NCBI GenBank assembly: GCA_052279835.1
Contig: CP181291.1
Location: 5,920,001-5,984,000 of the forward strand
Direction of reading: 5' to 3'
Origin: Microcoleus sp.
Lineage (GTDB): Bacteria > Cyanobacteriota > Cyanobacteriia > Cyanobacteriales > Microcoleaceae
Length of the DNA: 64,000 bases
Below the pieces are notes generated by a model, which saw only the letters and a list, made by a program, of their open reading frames with translations, made no database searches and had not been told where the DNA came from. The position numbers were made by a program, and so were the translations under genes. This document shows positions 21,801 through 32,934 of the stretch, one piece after another (position 1 is the first letter of the stretch; every line of letters starts with the position of its first letter).

Positions 21801-24159
21801 GGCACAGACTGGTTGGCAGCAAACTCTTGCCCCTACTGGCAGCATCACTGCCACCAGTGGTGTCAACATCACCAACATCGCGGCCACTCCCACCAACTTC
21901 GGTAACTTCCAGCTAGGCAAAATCGGCGGGCTCAAATTTAATGACTTCAATAAAAATGGTGCCCAAGATCCAGCAGAACCAGCCCTAGGAGGCTGGACAA
22001 TCTACCTGGATGCTAACAACAACAGTATCCAAGAACCAGGAGAAACTGCCACTGTTACTGATAGCGCCGGTAAGTACCAGTTCATCAACCTGACAGCCGG
22101 CACCTACAACGTCCGGGAAGTGCTGCAACCGGGCTGGACACAAACAGTACCGGCAGCCCCAGGTGCGTTTACGATCGCCGTCAGCAGTGGCACAGACTCC
22201 CAAAACAACAACTTCGGCAACTTCAAGCCCAACTCGATTAGCGGTATCAAGTTCAACGACATCAACAAGAGTGGCTTCCTGGATGCAGGGGAAGCCGGAC
22301 TACCCAACTGGCAATTTTTCCTTGATACCAACAACAACGGCACTCCCGACACAGACGAACCCAAGGCCGACACCGATCCCGCCGGCAACTACAAATTCCT
22401 CAATTTGCCCGCAGGTACTTACAAGGTGCGGGAAGTACCGCAAACCGGTTGGACACAAACTACCCCCAACCCGGCAGATATTACTGTCACCAGCGGTCAA
22501 GACATCCCTAACATTAACTTCGGCAACTTCAAGTCCAGTACAATTAGCGGCCAAAAATTCAGCGATGCTAACAACAACGGCCTCAAGGATACCGGGGAAT
22601 TGGGGCTGCAAAACTGGCAAATCTTCCTGGATATCAACCAGGATGGCGTCTTTCAACAGAGCGAACCCACGACTATTACCAATACCAACGGTAACTACAC
22701 TCTGGTTGACATTCCCGCAGGCACTTACCAGGTAAGGGAAGTCCAGCAAAATGGCTGGACGCAGACTACTCCTAATCCGGCCCCGGTGACGATTGTTGGT
22801 GGTAATAGCATTACTGGTGTTGACTTCGGCAACTTTCTGCCCCAACCGGCTACGATCCGAGGTCTGAAGTTCCGAGACTCTAATAATAATGGCACTCAAG
22901 ACAGCGGAGAACTGGGTTTGCCCGGTTTCCAAATCCAGTTAACTAATGTTACGACTGGGGTAGTTGCTGCTACTCCTGTTAACACCACTACAGACAATAG
23001 TGGGAACTACCTATTCACGAACCTGACACCGGGAACCTACCGCGTCCGGGAAATCGCGCAAACAGGGTTTACCCAAAGCACCCCTAACCCCGCCGATATC
23101 GTGCTGGCTTCTGGGGCTATTGTCAATAACGTCAATTTTGGTAACTTCCCGGCACCGACTCCGACTCCGACTCCGACTCCGACTCCGACTCCGACTCCGA
23201 GGCCGACTCCGGTACCACCTCCGGCACCAACTCCGGCACCGACTCCGGCACCGACTCCGGCACCGACTCCTGAACCGACTCCGGCACCGACTCCCACTCC
23301 TACTCCAGCACCGACTCCGGTGCCGACTCCCACTCCGACTCCAGATTCAGATACTCCTCTGAGCTCGCAAACGACGGATTTGGTTTGTCCTGAGAACTTC
23401 GCCAGGGTGGATACTCCTAATCAGTCGGGCATCCCGATCGCGGGTACTGTGATTAATGGCCCTAATGGTGATGATACGATCTTCGGTAGTGCAGCCCGTG
23501 ACTCTATCTTCGGATTGGGTGGCAATGATTTAATCTTTGGGCGTCAGGGCGGTGACTATATCAATGGCAATATCGGCAATGATAGTATCTACGGAGGTGT
23601 CGATAACGATACTCTGCTAGGTGGCAAAGGCTTTGACGCTATCTTTGGCGATCTCGGCAACGATGTCCTTTATGGTAATCGTGGCAATGATTCCATCTCT
23701 GGCGATGAAGGTGATGATTTATCCTACGGCGGCAAAGGCGATGATGTCCTCTTGGGTGTCACTGGTAACGATGTGCTCTTTGGCGATCAAGGTAATGACA
23801 CTCTCTGTGGTGGCGACGATAACGATACCTTACTTGGCGGCAGTGGCGATGATGTCTTGTTTGGCGACACTGGCGATGACTTGCTGTTTGGTGGCCTTGG
23901 CAACGATACTCTGATTGGTGGCGACGGTAGCGACCGTTTCTTGTTGACAGATGGCGGCGGTTTGGACAGGATTATTGACTTCACCCAAGGAGTTGATTCC
24001 CTGGTTTTGACTGGTGGTTTGGATTTCAGTCAATTGTCGTTTAGTCAAACTAATGGATCGGCATCAATTAGCGTTACTGCTACTGGTGAAGTTTTGGCTA
24101 TTCTCAATGGCGTGCGATCGAGCTTGCTAACAGCTCAGGATTTCAACGTATTGGTATAG
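18883..24159 (+). CDS. Giant surface protein: DUF4347, Gly-rich region, seven SdrD-B/Cna-B-like repeats, PT linker, RTX Ca-binding repeats
   Basis: [21 protein letters not shown] (DUF4347); TDQRG...DIGAYE; seven GxxFxDxNxN...FGNF units; GGxGxD nonapeptides at the C-terminus. Confidence 0.9.
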   Translation: MEFDKVRNQQIVFVDPKVKDCEILTKSTDFDTEVIVLKGDRDGIEQIAATLKQRQNIGAVHILSHGAEACVQIGATELNLSNIETYRDRLETWFALPAEENSNSRITAKPEILLYGCNVAATEAGVAFVQRLSQLTGAEVAASNNLTGNAALGGDWELEVTTGKIETAVAFSPEAREAYSGVLADLQQKVANFNELVNAINVANTNTGIDTITLTGNITLTGLLPRITDSTTIVGGGFRISGNNNRAFVVDNTTFNLSNLTIDSAKAVGNPGTTGGGGAAGLGGALFINGGTVIVDKVTFSSNQAVGGAGTAGNGGNGGNADFGTLFGGTVGTPGANGLTGLASIGGPGGPGGPGNPGGTGNPGGTGGIGGTGGTGVAGFSGGVGGAGGAGGAGSVVGSGGGGGGAGGVGGAGGGGTQGNGGAGGAGSAGNFGGGGGSGGIGGIGTAAGTNGAGGLGGFGGGGGSGNAAIAGGTFGGASAIGFGGGGAGLGGAIFINGGTFTMTNSTLYSNTVTGGASGGGTAVAGQAAGGAIFVNTGATATLTNNTIAYNSATAGTTGGIYNNGGTVTVKNTIVAGNTATTNPDLTGAFVGNNNLIGVLGTSTGLTVTQQLTAPLTIANVLAPVASAGLNGATGPAPFTLALVDNSPVTTSTNPAIGGGDNTAATGTTDQRGTGFPRKIDNTLVNKPNVDIGAYEYGPVVQGQKFNDTNGNAAKDGTEATVTTPVQNFVVYVDDNNNSTLDSAEKRVTVATGGNYTLLDTKSNSPVREQAVTNWQQTFPTATATPYNTGIADSNSKDFGNFQSMTINGLIFDDKNGNGTQDSGDTGLPNIQINLINSVTGATISSQNTTPTGTYSFQSLGPLTGGATYRVREVVPTGSTKTTVDPADIPLQSGATVAGGNFGNFKNITISGTKFDDKNGNSVLDTGEVAPATPFDIQLLNAAGAVVKTQTTATTGNYTFTDVGPGTYTLKEVAQTGWQQTLAPTGSITATSGVNITNIAATPTNFGNFQLGKIGGLKFNDFNKNGAQDPAEPALGGWTIYLDANNNSIQEPGETATVTDSAGKYQFINLTAGTYNVREVLQPGWTQTVPAAPGAFTIAVSSGTDSQNNNFGNFKPNSISGIKFNDINKSGFLDAGEAGLPNWQFFLDTNNNGTPDTDEPKADTDPAGNYKFLNLPAGTYKVREVPQTGWTQTTPNPADITVTSGQDIPNINFGNFKSSTISGQKFSDANNNGLKDTGELGLQNWQIFLDINQDGVFQQSEPTTITNTNGNYTLVDIPAGTYQVREVQQNGWTQTTPNPAPVTIVGGNSITGVDFGNFLPQPATIRGLKFRDSNNNGTQDSGELGLPGFQIQLTNVTTGVVAATPVNTTTDNSGNYLFTNLTPGTYRVREIAQTGFTQSTPNPADIVLASGAIVNNVNFGNFPAPTPTPTPTPTPTPTPRPTPVPPPAPTPAPTPAPTPAPTPEPTPAPTPTPTPAPTPVPTPTPTPDSDTPLSSQTTDLVCPENFARVDTPNQSGIPIAGTVINGPNGDDTIFGSAARDSIFGLGGNDLIFGRQGGDYINGNIGNDSIYGGVDNDTLLGGKGFDAIFGDLGNDVLYGNRGNDSISGDEGDDLSYGGKGDDVLLGVTGNDVLFGDQGNDTLCGGDDNDTLLGGSGDDVLFGDTGDDLLFGGLGNDTLIGGDGSDRFLLTDGGGLDRIIDFTQGVDSLVLTGGLDFSQLSFSQTNGSASISVTATGEVLAILNGVRSSLLTAQDFNVLV

Positions 24160-24186
24160 TCCATTAGTCTGGCTGGGGAATAATAC

Positions 24187-24462
24187 CCACCCCTAGCCCC
24201 TCCCAGGAGGGGAGCCACTTCTCGCCCCTCCCAGGAGGGGAATAAGACCCACCCCTCGCCCCTCCTAGGAGGGGAACAATACCAAATCCTCTCTTCATCG
24301 GAATTATTAAACTCTCTCTCTTCTCTTCCTTCGCGTCCTACCCTACGGGAACGGCTTCGCCGAACGCGCCTTCGCGGTTAAATCATTCCGATACAACCGA
24401 AATTGATATCACTTCTCGCCCCTCCCAGGAGGGGAGCCACCCCTCGCTCCGAGGAGCTGGGG
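24187..24462. repeat. Array of palindromic CCCCTCCCAGGAGGGG repeats interrupted by MITE copy C
   Basis: Three copies before 24278 and one plus a degenerate copy after 24410. Confidence 0.85.
24278..24410 (-). mobile_element. MITE-like repeat, copy C (carries ~25-nt internal insertion)
   Basis: Reverse complement nearly identical to 3582-3710. Confidence 0.75.
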
Positions 24463-24486
24463 GTGAGTCCGACTTTGCTTTCTGGT

Positions 24487-24867
24487 TCAAATTTGTTCCA
24501 GATATATGAGCAAGTCGGCCATTTCTTGGGGACTTGGCTGGAATTGTGGCATGGGGGGGGTTTGTCCGCTGGTGACTTGGCGGATTAAAGCGAATTCGGA
24601 TTTGCGCTCGGATACTAAATGTAAGTTTGGGCCCACTTGACTGTCGGACAGGGATATGTGACACCCGGCACAGTTCATTTGAAAGATGGCTGCACCCTGA
24701 ATGGGGTCTCCAGTCAAGGATAGTACGCTGCTGACGTAGGGATCGACCGCTTGAAAGTGGCGTATTGCTAAGCTTGATAACACGATCGCAAGTAAGAACG
24801 CTAGCAAAAATATGCCAATTCGCTCGATCGGGTTTTCAGTTTCATTTTTGGCAATTTGGTTATTCAA
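24487..24867 (-). CDS. cytM: Cytochrome cM
   Basis: TM helix, DPYVSSVLSLTGD, CAGCH heme motif, GQTPPMPQFQPSPQEMADLL; divergent from petG. Confidence 0.9.
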   Translation of the reverse strand: MNNQIAKNETENPIERIGIFLLAFLLAIVLSSLAIRHFQAVDPYVSSVLSLTGDPIQGAAIFQMNCAGCHISLSDSQVGPNLHLVSERKSEFALIRQVTSGQTPPMPQFQPSPQEMADLLIYLEQI

Positions 24868-25047
24868 AGGAGTTCTATTAAAAAAAGTATCTACAAGAAA
24901 ATTTATTTCTCATAACATAGCTTAATCCTTCCTCGCGGGGAGATCAAGATCTCAGACCGCTGTTATCGTTGTTTTGCGAAAATTCATCTGTGTAAGTGCT
25001 GGTAATATTAAAAATAGGTTGTTAAATCTTAACGATAAGGAGCTCTC

Positions 25048-25167
25048 ATGGTAGAACCGTTGCTTTCAGGTATTGTTCTCGGCCTCATCTTTGTTACTCT
25101 GTCGGGGCTATTTTTTGCTGCTTATCAGCAGTACAAGCGTGGCGATCAGTTGGGTATCAACAAGTAA
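25048..25167 (+). CDS. petG: Cytochrome b6f complex subunit V (39 aa, below the ORF track cut-off)
   Basis: [39 protein letters not shown] with AAGGAG RBS. Confidence 0.96.
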   Translation: MVEPLLSGIVLGLIFVTLSGLFFAAYQQYKRGDQLGINK

Positions 25168-25302
25168 AAGGGGGCTACAGTCCCTAAGTCACGCTGTCAG
25201 GAGATGGGGAATTGGGAATGGGGAATTGGGCAGAGGTCATCAGGAATTGATAGCTGTCTCTCCCTCTTCTTCCCTTATCCCCCTCTTTCTGACCTTCGTT
25301 CC

Positions 25303-26385
25303 TTAAATGTAGCGATCGAGAATAGCAGCAGTTTCCTCACCAGTTTTTTGCCAGCTAAATTGTTTTGCTCTCGCCAAACCTAGTTCCCGTAAGTTCGATC
25401 GCACTCCAACATCCGTTACAAGCTGGTGCATAGCAGCGGTAATTTCCTCCACGCTGTAAGGATTAACTAACAACACTGCATCCCCCCCTACCTCTGGCAT
25501 TGAAGACAGGTTAGAGGTGATGACAGGAGTGCCACAAGCCATTCCTTCGAGCACCGGGAGGCCGAATCCTTCCCAAAGACTAGGAAAAACCAGGGCGATC
25601 GCCTGATTGATGACTTTCGGTAAATCACCAGGGGGAATGTAGTCTAAGAATTTTACGCGATCGACCAATCCCAATTCTTGCACCTGCGCTTTCAGCAGTG
25701 GCGTATAGCGTTTATCTTCCGATCCAGCTATCCACAATTCATACTCACCACTGCTGGGTAAAGCAGCAAATGCTGCTACAACTCGTTGCAAATTTTTATA
25801 AGGATTATGGCGACCAATATAAAGAAAATAATTGCTAGTTGGCAAGTCTAAAAAACGGAAAAAACTGCTATCATATCCAGGGGAAATTGACGTAATTAAA
25901 TCCCTCGGAATTTGACAAAATTCAGCAATATCTTTTGCCGTTGCTTCCGAATCGCAAATAACGTGTTGAGCCTGTCGCAGCACTTGGGGAATATAGTAGC
26001 GGTGGTAGGGCGTGAGCGGATCTAAACGGCGGGGAAATCGGAGTGCAATTAAATCGTGCACTGTAATTATATAGCGACAACCTGCAAATACCGGAGCTTC
26101 GGGAATTGGCGAAAATATTAAGTTTGATTTTAACTGTTTGTAAATTTTGGGAAGCTGGGTTTGTGTCCACAGCAATCGGTTGATGTGTCCTTTGGTGCCT
26201 TGTTCGGGAGTTAAGTTTGATGGGATTTTATAGCATTTATAATTGGGTATTTCGGTGGCGCTTAGTAATGTTGGGTTGAGGGATTTTAGGTGGGGAAAGA
26301 GGTTTTTGGCGTAGATTGCTAAGCCTGTTGGTTTGGAAATTAGGAAGGAGAGGTTGATTAGTAAGTTGGATGGGGGATTTGGCAT
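25303..26385 (-). CDS. Glycosyltransferase family 4
   Basis: [28 protein letters not shown]. Confidence 0.93.
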   Translation of the reverse strand: MPNPPSNLLINLSFLISKPTGLAIYAKNLFPHLKSLNPTLLSATEIPNYKCYKIPSNLTPEQGTKGHINRLLWTQTQLPKIYKQLKSNLIFSPIPEAPVFAGCRYIITVHDLIALRFPRRLDPLTPYHRYYIPQVLRQAQHVICDSEATAKDIAEFCQIPRDLITSISPGYDSSFFRFLDLPTSNYFLYIGRHNPYKNLQRVVAAFAALPSSGEYELWIAGSEDKRYTPLLKAQVQELGLVDRVKFLDYIPPGDLPKVINQAIALVFPSLWEGFGLPVLEGMACGTPVITSNLSSMPEVGGDAVLLVNPYSVEEITAAMHQLVTDVGVRSNLRELGLARAKQFSWQKTGEETAAILDRYI

Positions 26386-26420
26386 GGGATAATATATTCG
26401 ATTTAATTAACCATAATTCC

Positions 26421-26618
26421 TGTAGGGGCGGGTTTCACAAACAATCTCGGCCTCAAACTAATTATCTCGTAAACCCGCCCCCGCCCCAGGAAGAATCAGA
26501 ATGTACATTTTTCGCTTTTAATTAAAGAAAAGGTTGATGCAGGTTATCTATTGTGGGGGGCGGGTTTATATGAATTTTTTGTGGGAATTCCAGATTATTG
26601 GTGAAACCCGCCACTACA
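26421..26618. repeat. Two GTAG-type REP-like inverted repeats
   Basis: TGTAGGGGCGGGTTT...AAACCCGCCCC and an oppositely oriented copy ending CCCGCCACTACA. Confidence 0.75.
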
Positions 26619-26690
26619 AGTATTGTTGTAAGATTTTTTTTACCGCAGAGGGCGCAGAGGGCGCAGAGGGAAGAGATTAAGAGAGAAGAT

Positions 26691-27761
26691 TTAAAGGTAT
26701 TTTTGTAAAATATTGGCAGTGGCTTCTCCGGTTTTGTTCCAGCTAAATTGCTCTGCTCTAGCTAAACTAGCAGTCTTTAAGTGCGATCGCAATTTTGAAT
26801 CTGTGGCTATGGCTTGCATTGCTGCGGCGATTTCTCCAATGTTGTAAGGATTTACTAATAATGCCGCATCTGAGCTCACTTCTGGCATCGATGACAGGTT
26901 GGATGTAATTACAGGAGTGCCGCAAGCCATTGCTTCTAAAATTGGTAAGCCGAATCCTTCCCAAAGTGTTGGGAAAACTAGGGCGATGGCTTGATTCATT
27001 AGTATGGGTAATCGATCGTAGGGAACGTAACCCAAAAATTTGATGGCAGATTCTAGTCCTAATTCTGCAACTTGTGCTATCAATTGTGGTGTGTAGGCAT
27101 TGCTTGGCCCCGATAGCCAAAGTTCGTAATTTTCGCGATCGCCCAAACTCGCAAAGGCCGCAATTAACCTTTCCAGGTTTTTATAAGGATCGTGTCTCCC
27201 TGTATAAAGAAAATAATTTTTGACTGGTAAGTCTAAATATCTAAAATTAAGGCGATCGCAAGCTAGGGGAATTGCCGTCATTTTTTGAGTCGGAATTTGA
27301 TAAAATTGAGCCACATCCTCCACCGTCGCTTGAGAATCGCAAATAATGTGTTCTGCTTGTCGCAAAACCTGCGGTATATAGTAGCGGAAATAAGCTGTCA
27401 AACGCGAAAATTTTTGGGGAAATCGCAAAGGGATTAAATCGTGTACTGTGACTATATAGCGACAGCCTGAATACAAAGGTGCTTCGGGAATTGGAGAAAA
27501 TATCAGGCTTGAGTGCAATTTTTGGTAAATTTTAGGTAACTTAAATTGAGTCCACAATATTCTGTTTATCTGTCCTTTGCTTCCGCTATCCGGGGTGAGA
27601 TTTCCGGGAATTTGATAGCAAGTATAATCCTCAATCTGTTGGGAACTAAGTAAGGTTGGTTCTAGCTTTTCAAGTTGGGGAAACAGATTTGCTGCATAGG
27701 TGCCAATTCCCGTTGGTTGGGGAGTTAAAAATGACAAATTAATTAACAGTGAATTGGACAT
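26691..27761 (-). CDS. Glycosyltransferase family 4 (paralog of 25303-26385)
   Basis: [29 protein letters not shown]. Confidence 0.93.
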   Translation of the reverse strand: MSNSLLINLSFLTPQPTGIGTYAANLFPQLEKLEPTLLSSQQIEDYTCYQIPGNLTPDSGSKGQINRILWTQFKLPKIYQKLHSSLIFSPIPEAPLYSGCRYIVTVHDLIPLRFPQKFSRLTAYFRYYIPQVLRQAEHIICDSQATVEDVAQFYQIPTQKMTAIPLACDRLNFRYLDLPVKNYFLYTGRHDPYKNLERLIAAFASLGDRENYELWLSGPSNAYTPQLIAQVAELGLESAIKFLGYVPYDRLPILMNQAIALVFPTLWEGFGLPILEAMACGTPVITSNLSSMPEVSSDAALLVNPYNIGEIAAAMQAIATDSKLRSHLKTASLARAEQFSWNKTGEATANILQKYL

Positions 27762-27789
27762 GATTTTAGGGAACAGAATTTATCCAAAT

Positions 27790-27852
27790 TGTAGCGGCGG
27801 GTTTTACTTACAAAATTTAATGATGACAAACAATTTAGATACACCCGCCCCA
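27790..27852. repeat. GTAG-type REP-like inverted repeat
   Basis: TGTAGCGGCGGGTTTT...ACCCGCCCC, same family as 26421-26618. Confidence 0.7.
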
Positions 27853-27859
27853 AAGCAAT

Positions 27860-30001
27860 TTATCGATCGCGATCGACATCGAGCATTTGAGCAACATACC
27901 CTGGATTGGGCAGAGGAATTGTAGCATATTCTTGGCGAATTATCTCAAAAAATTGCTTGACTTTTGCCTCGAAATATGCACTGCTAAAACCTTCGCCACG
28001 TTGTTCAGCAAACCCTTGAAATTCTACTAACAAATCAGGATTAGCAATCAGTTGATGGGAATGGTGACACAGTTCCTCCACAGTGTTGAATAAAAAACCC
28101 GATCGCCCATGTTCCACAATTTCCGGTTGTCCACCACCGTTGAAAACAATCGGAACACAACGGTTTTGCATTGCTTCCACCGTCGCCATTCCGAAATGTT
28201 CAAATCTTTGGGGATTGACTTCTCCCAAACCACAACCGTGCCAAAATATACTGGCTTTAGCATAAAGCGATTTTACCTCATCCAAGTCAGCATTGACCTT
28301 AAGTTCGACCGCCCTAGAATCTTGCTTCAATAAATTCTGAACAGTCTTTAAATAAGGATTGCGAGGAACGCTACTTCCCACCAAAACTAGCCGCCATCCT
28401 TGCAGTTGTTCTGGATAATTCTCCCGCAAACTGCGAAAAGCTTTAATTAATTCAATTTGCTTTTTGGTTCCCCCAGCTTCCCACTGTCCCACAGCTAAAA
28501 TAATGTTTTCTTTCGGGACTTGAGAAGTTGCCATTTCTACAGGCGGATAAAGTAAAAAAGTGGGTTTGAGATTCCAGCGTTTCTCCAACCATTTGACAGT
28601 AAATTGACTGTTAGCAATCATGAACGTGTAGTCATCAACCGCAAAATGACGGTTGCGAAAAGTATTGGGAAAGTGGCAGAAAAATACTGAAATTGGGGAC
28701 AATGGTTTGATTTTTTCCAGTTGATTAGCGTTCACAAAAATATCATATTTTTTGCTTTCTTTGGCAATTTCATCAAAGGGATTTTCCAAGTCATCGGTAA
28801 TCATGCTGGAATCAATACACTGCATTCCGCGCTTTTCGTAAAACTGCAACGGAATAACTTTTATTTGACATTGGGAAAGGTTGATTCCGTACCAGGATTC
28901 TAAATCCGAAATCGCCACTGGTTTGTTAGTAATAAAAGTGATATTAAATTGATTTTGCAGCAGGGAAGCCATCGTCGCTACATATTTTTGTCCCCCACCA
29001 ATAAAATGCAGTCCGTGATCGTAAATCCCGATCGACATTTGGCGATCGCCTCGAACCACCTCTAAGCGAGACAAAATGCGATCGACTTTTAGCCGACTAT
29101 AAATCACCGCCAACTTTTCCGACAATTGCGACAGCACAGTTTCTACTATTTCCGGCTTCTGATACTCTAGCAATTTTTTAATTGCTACAAATATGCTCTC
29201 GAACAACAAATCATACTGTTTATTCGTAAAGAAATCTGAAGTATGAATCGCAGAAACTAATTGCAAAGGTTCGTGTTTTGCTAAATACAAAAAACGATTA
29301 CGATTACAAAAATACTCCGTGAGTTTACTTCCCCGACTTGAGCCTCGGTATTCGTGATGTGCGATCGCATCGGGAGTGTAAAGCATTTCCCAACCCCGCT
29401 TTTGACAGCGTTTCGCAAACTCAACATCCTCGAAATACATCACAAAATCTTCGTCTATCAGTCCCACATCTTCCAGACATTTCCTACGAAACAGCACCGT
29501 AGCCCAACACAAACCTTCTACGGTGCGTTCTGTATCATATTGTCCTGCATCTTTCTCCCCAAAGCCCACATCTCGCCAATAAAAATTAGGTAATTGCTGA
29601 ATTCCCACACTATTAATTCGCCCATCTTTGAACAGCAATTTCCCACTAGCAGCACCAACCTTGGGGTTTGTTTCTAGTTTTTTAACTAAAATTTCTAACC
29701 ACGAACTTTCCAGGGTAGCATCGTTATTCAGAAATGCGATGTACTGTCCTTGAGCTTGGCTGATACCCAAGTTAAGAGCTTTGGCAAAGTTGTTGGCGGA
29801 ATTTACCACAATCCGAACTTTGGGAAAGCATTTTCGCAAAGATTCAACAGAGTCGTCTTGAGAACAGTTATCTATTAAAATTAAATCGAGTTTTTCTTCT
29901 GGATACGCAAGTTTTTGTAGCGATTTTAAGCAATCTTTAGTTTGGCGAAAACCGTTATAATTAACTATAATTAGCGAGCATATTGGTAGTGTCGTCATCA
30001 A
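27860..30001 (-). CDS. Two-domain glycosyltransferase (GT2 plus GT4)
   Basis: IIVNYNG, IDNCSQD, FLNNDA, FMYFEDVE-like motif; C-terminal EHFGMATVEAM. Confidence 0.9.
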   Translation of the reverse strand: MMTTLPICSLIIVNYNGFRQTKDCLKSLQKLAYPEEKLDLILIDNCSQDDSVESLRKCFPKVRIVVNSANNFAKALNLGISQAQGQYIAFLNNDATLESSWLEILVKKLETNPKVGAASGKLLFKDGRINSVGIQQLPNFYWRDVGFGEKDAGQYDTERTVEGLCWATVLFRRKCLEDVGLIDEDFVMYFEDVEFAKRCQKRGWEMLYTPDAIAHHEYRGSSRGSKLTEYFCNRNRFLYLAKHEPLQLVSAIHTSDFFTNKQYDLLFESIFVAIKKLLEYQKPEIVETVLSQLSEKLAVIYSRLKVDRILSRLEVVRGDRQMSIGIYDHGLHFIGGGQKYVATMASLLQNQFNITFITNKPVAISDLESWYGINLSQCQIKVIPLQFYEKRGMQCIDSSMITDDLENPFDEIAKESKKYDIFVNANQLEKIKPLSPISVFFCHFPNTFRNRHFAVDDYTFMIANSQFTVKWLEKRWNLKPTFLLYPPVEMATSQVPKENIILAVGQWEAGGTKKQIELIKAFRSLRENYPEQLQGWRLVLVGSSVPRNPYLKTVQNLLKQDSRAVELKVNADLDEVKSLYAKASIFWHGCGLGEVNPQRFEHFGMATVEAMQNRCVPIVFNGGGQPEIVEHGRSGFLFNTVEELCHHSHQLIANPDLLVEFQGFAEQRGEGFSSAYFEAKVKQFFEIIRQEYATIPLPNPGYVAQMLDVDRDR

Positions 30002-30101
30002 ATTTTAGATTTTAGATTTTAGATGTTAGAACTTAGATTACTCTCGCGACTAAATTTGGAGACTTAGGAAACGAAAATTGTTTGGGGTCATTTTTGATAT
30101 T

Positions 30102-30635
30102 TTATCGCGGTAGATCGAGCAATCTCTCCCGGATTTCTTCTAACATAGCAGAATGCTGCTCCTGTATAGTTTTTATTTGCTCTATTTCAGATTGCAGTGC
30201 TGCGATCGCTGTTTGTTGCATCTCAAGTTTAGCTCTAACTTCAGGAGACTCGTTGCTAAATTCAGATTGAATTTTTTTCTCTAGGCTTTGCTGATTTTCC
30301 TGCAATCTTTGCAATTGATTGCTCAATGTTTGAACGACGCGGGTATTGGCAAAATTGTAAATTACTTGTCTTTCTAGTACAGGTCTGAGCAATTTTCTGA
30401 CTATTTTTCTAACGGCGATTACTGCGGAACCAAGCCTCCTTTGGTAAGAGGTAATTGGGATATTATAAATATCAAAACCAGTTTTTAACAGAGCTATATC
30501 TTCATCTTCTTCCTCAAGGGCGATCGCACTTTTTTCGGTCACAGACAATGGCGAATTAACAATACCGATTCGCGGTTCCAAAGTTTGTCGTAATTTATCG
30601 ATTATTTGTTGAGTTGGTATTTCTTCTGACTGCAA
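30102..30635 (-). CDS. Hypothetical coiled-coil protein in the polysaccharide cluster
   Basis: 177-aa ORF co-oriented with the cluster; amphipathic RKIVRKLLRPVLERQ segment and heptad-rich C-terminus. Confidence 0.65.
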   Translation of the reverse strand: MQSEEIPTQQIIDKLRQTLEPRIGIVNSPLSVTEKSAIALEEEDEDIALLKTGFDIYNIPITSYQRRLGSAVIAVRKIVRKLLRPVLERQVIYNFANTRVVQTLSNQLQRLQENQQSLEKKIQSEFSNESPEVRAKLEMQQTAIAALQSEIEQIKTIQEQHSAMLEEIRERLLDLPR

Positions 30636-30782
30636 ACTTTCCTCTCCTTTAGATAACTTAGTATCGATGCTTGGGGAACACCCATCTTAACCTGTTCCAG
30701 GGCGGGCAGAATGCCCACCCCACAAAAACAATTATTTCTTGTCAAACAGCATTATTGCTTCCGATATTGGCAATATCCAAAC

Positions 30783-31856
30783 TTACACCAACTCGATTTG
30801 ACTGTCATCCCCAATCATAAACCTCAGCGCTTTCGGACGGATAGGAGCATTAGTTAATTGAGCTCGCTGGCCGATTACGCTGTCCACAATTCGTTGCTCA
30901 ATCCCTGATATTTTAGCGCCTTCCAAGATGACACTGTGTTCGATATCCGCATCAAGCATCGTGACTCGATCGGCAATACTACTGTAAGGTCCGATAAAGC
31001 AATTTTCAATGTGGCAATTTTCCCCAATTACCACAGGTCCGCGTACCGTACAGTTAATTATTTCACTGCTTTTGCCAATTTGTACTCGCCCGGTAATTTG
31101 ACTTTTTGCATCTACTTTTAATTCTGTCGAAGCTACAATACAGCTATCTAGGATAATTTGGTTAGCACTTAGCAAATCGTCTTTTTTCCCCGTATCCAAC
31201 CACCAACCTTCTAGATTGGAAGCTTCTACTTTTTTTTGCTGATTAATAAGCTGTTGAATTGCATCAGTAATTTCTAGTTCGCCACGGGCAGATGGTTGAA
31301 TTTGGGCGATCGCCTCGTGAATCGTGGGAGCAAAAAAGTAAACCCCAACTAATGCTAAATTTGAAGGGGGGACTTTCGGTTTCTCTACTAGCTGCAATAC
31401 TCGTCCTTTTTCATCCACTGTGGCTACACCAAAAGCAGTAGGATTCGCCACCTGCCGCAGCATAATCAAAGCATCTAATTTGTTGTTGTTAAAAGTCTCT
31501 AAAAACGGATTTAGTTGACTTTCAATTAAGTTGTCTCCTAAGTACATGATAAACGGAGAATCTCCCAAAAATGGTTGGGCAATTTTAACCGCATGAGCCA
31601 ATCCCGCTGGTTTTTCCTGCAAAATATAAGTAATTTTTGCACCAAAGCGATCGCCATTTCCGGTTTTCGCTTTCACTTCTTCACCAGTTTCGGGACTAAC
31701 AATAATCCCAATATCCGTAATCCCTGCCGCCACAATTAGCTCAATTCCGTACCACAGTATGGGCTTATTTGCCACAGGAACCAACTGCTTTGCACCCGTA
31801 TAGGTGAGGGGACGCAAACGTGTTCCTTTGCCGCCAGAGAGGATTAATGCTTTCAT
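30783..31856 (-). CDS. rfbA: Glucose-1-phosphate thymidylyltransferase (long form)
   Basis: GGKGTRLRPLT, KQLVPVANKP, LGDN, EKP, RGELEITD, WLDTG. Confidence 0.95.
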   Translation of the reverse strand: MKALILSGGKGTRLRPLTYTGAKQLVPVANKPILWYGIELIVAAGITDIGIIVSPETGEEVKAKTGNGDRFGAKITYILQEKPAGLAHAVKIAQPFLGDSPFIMYLGDNLIESQLNPFLETFNNNKLDALIMLRQVANPTAFGVATVDEKGRVLQLVEKPKVPPSNLALVGVYFFAPTIHEAIAQIQPSARGELEITDAIQQLINQQKKVEASNLEGWWLDTGKKDDLLSANQIILDSCIVASTELKVDAKSQITGRVQIGKSSEIINCTVRGPVVIGENCHIENCFIGPYSSIADRVTMLDADIEHSVILEGAKISGIEQRIVDSVIGQRAQLTNAPIRPKALRFMIGDDSQIELV

Positions 31857-32133
31857 TTGGTTAACTCTGAGTTATCCTTGCTTGGTTTGCGGTGCTGACT
31901 GGATTTGTCTGCACTTGTTCGCTTTCGTTCATCTTAAAGCACCATTCCTCCCGTGGCAAGAGTCTGGGTCTATTCTGATTCCAGGGATTGAGGGCGATCG
32001 ACCCTTTAGCAACATTGCAGCCACCGTCAATACCTCGATCATATTCTTAATTGCTCAAACCCTCGCCCCCCATTGCTTATTCCTGATTCCTCACTCCGTT
32101 ACCCACCCTAGTCGAAGGGCCATCTTTGTGCCC

Positions 32134-32844
32134 TCAATAACGGCCGTATCGCGCGACAAATTGTTTGTCCCTATGTTGTTGGCCCATGGACCAAGCCCAC
32201 ATCTGATCTCCCAAGGAAAAATGCCACCACTCGTGAGGATGCTGTCGAAAACCAGCAGCAATCATCGCATTTTTTAATCTTTGTCTCCGATTATGAAATG
32301 CTTGTTCGGCTGGCTCATTACTGCTAGCAAAATAATCAGGATAAGAACGTTCTGATATTTCATCGATGGGAGAACCCATATCAATTGGCCCGTTTTGGCG
32401 ATCGACTAAAGTCACATCTAAGGCTGCACCCGTACTATGGGGTGGCGGTGTAGCGCGATCGAGACTGGGCATCGCCCAAAATTGATACACTTGCTCTAGA
32501 ATTACTTGTTTTTTGTCTTCGGAAACTGGCAATTCATAGCCTTGAGCTTTGGCAATTTCAGCTAAAGTAAAATCTACCATAAACTGCTGCACTTCCACTG
32601 GTCTATAAGCATCAAATATCAGAATTCGCCAATCAGGATAATCTTGCTGCAACCGTTTTTGAGCCACCATCAAACAATCTATAACTCCTTGGCGTAGATA
32701 GTAAGGAGAATCAACTTTGCTTTCCTGATAAGGAGCGCCTAATTTTTGATAAGGATGTGGCTGTTCCAAAGCAAATATGTCAGCAGGAATTGCCACTAAA
32801 GCTTCTCCGCATTCATCGATCGCTATTTGCTGATATGGTTTCAT
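32134..32844 (-). CDS. D-alanyl-D-alanine dipeptidase (M15/VanX family)
   Basis: FDAYRP, PPPHSTGAALD, EWWHF. Confidence 0.93.
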   Translation of the reverse strand: MKPYQQIAIDECGEALVAIPADIFALEQPHPYQKLGAPYQESKVDSPYYLRQGVIDCLMVAQKRLQQDYPDWRILIFDAYRPVEVQQFMVDFTLAEIAKAQGYELPVSEDKKQVILEQVYQFWAMPSLDRATPPPHSTGAALDVTLVDRQNGPIDMGSPIDEISERSYPDYFASSNEPAEQAFHNRRQRLKNAMIAAGFRQHPHEWWHFSLGDQMWAWSMGQQHRDKQFVARYGRY

Positions 32845-32934
32845 AAACTGAGGTATACCCTAAATTTTAAATTCAATCTTTTCTACTCAATATCCCAACT
32901 CGCGAATCATTGGTGAGTGGAACCCGCATCCAAC

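Noticed and set aside
31804..32277. 157-aa + strand ORF
   Set aside because: Overlaps rfbA and the dipeptidase antisense and has no motif
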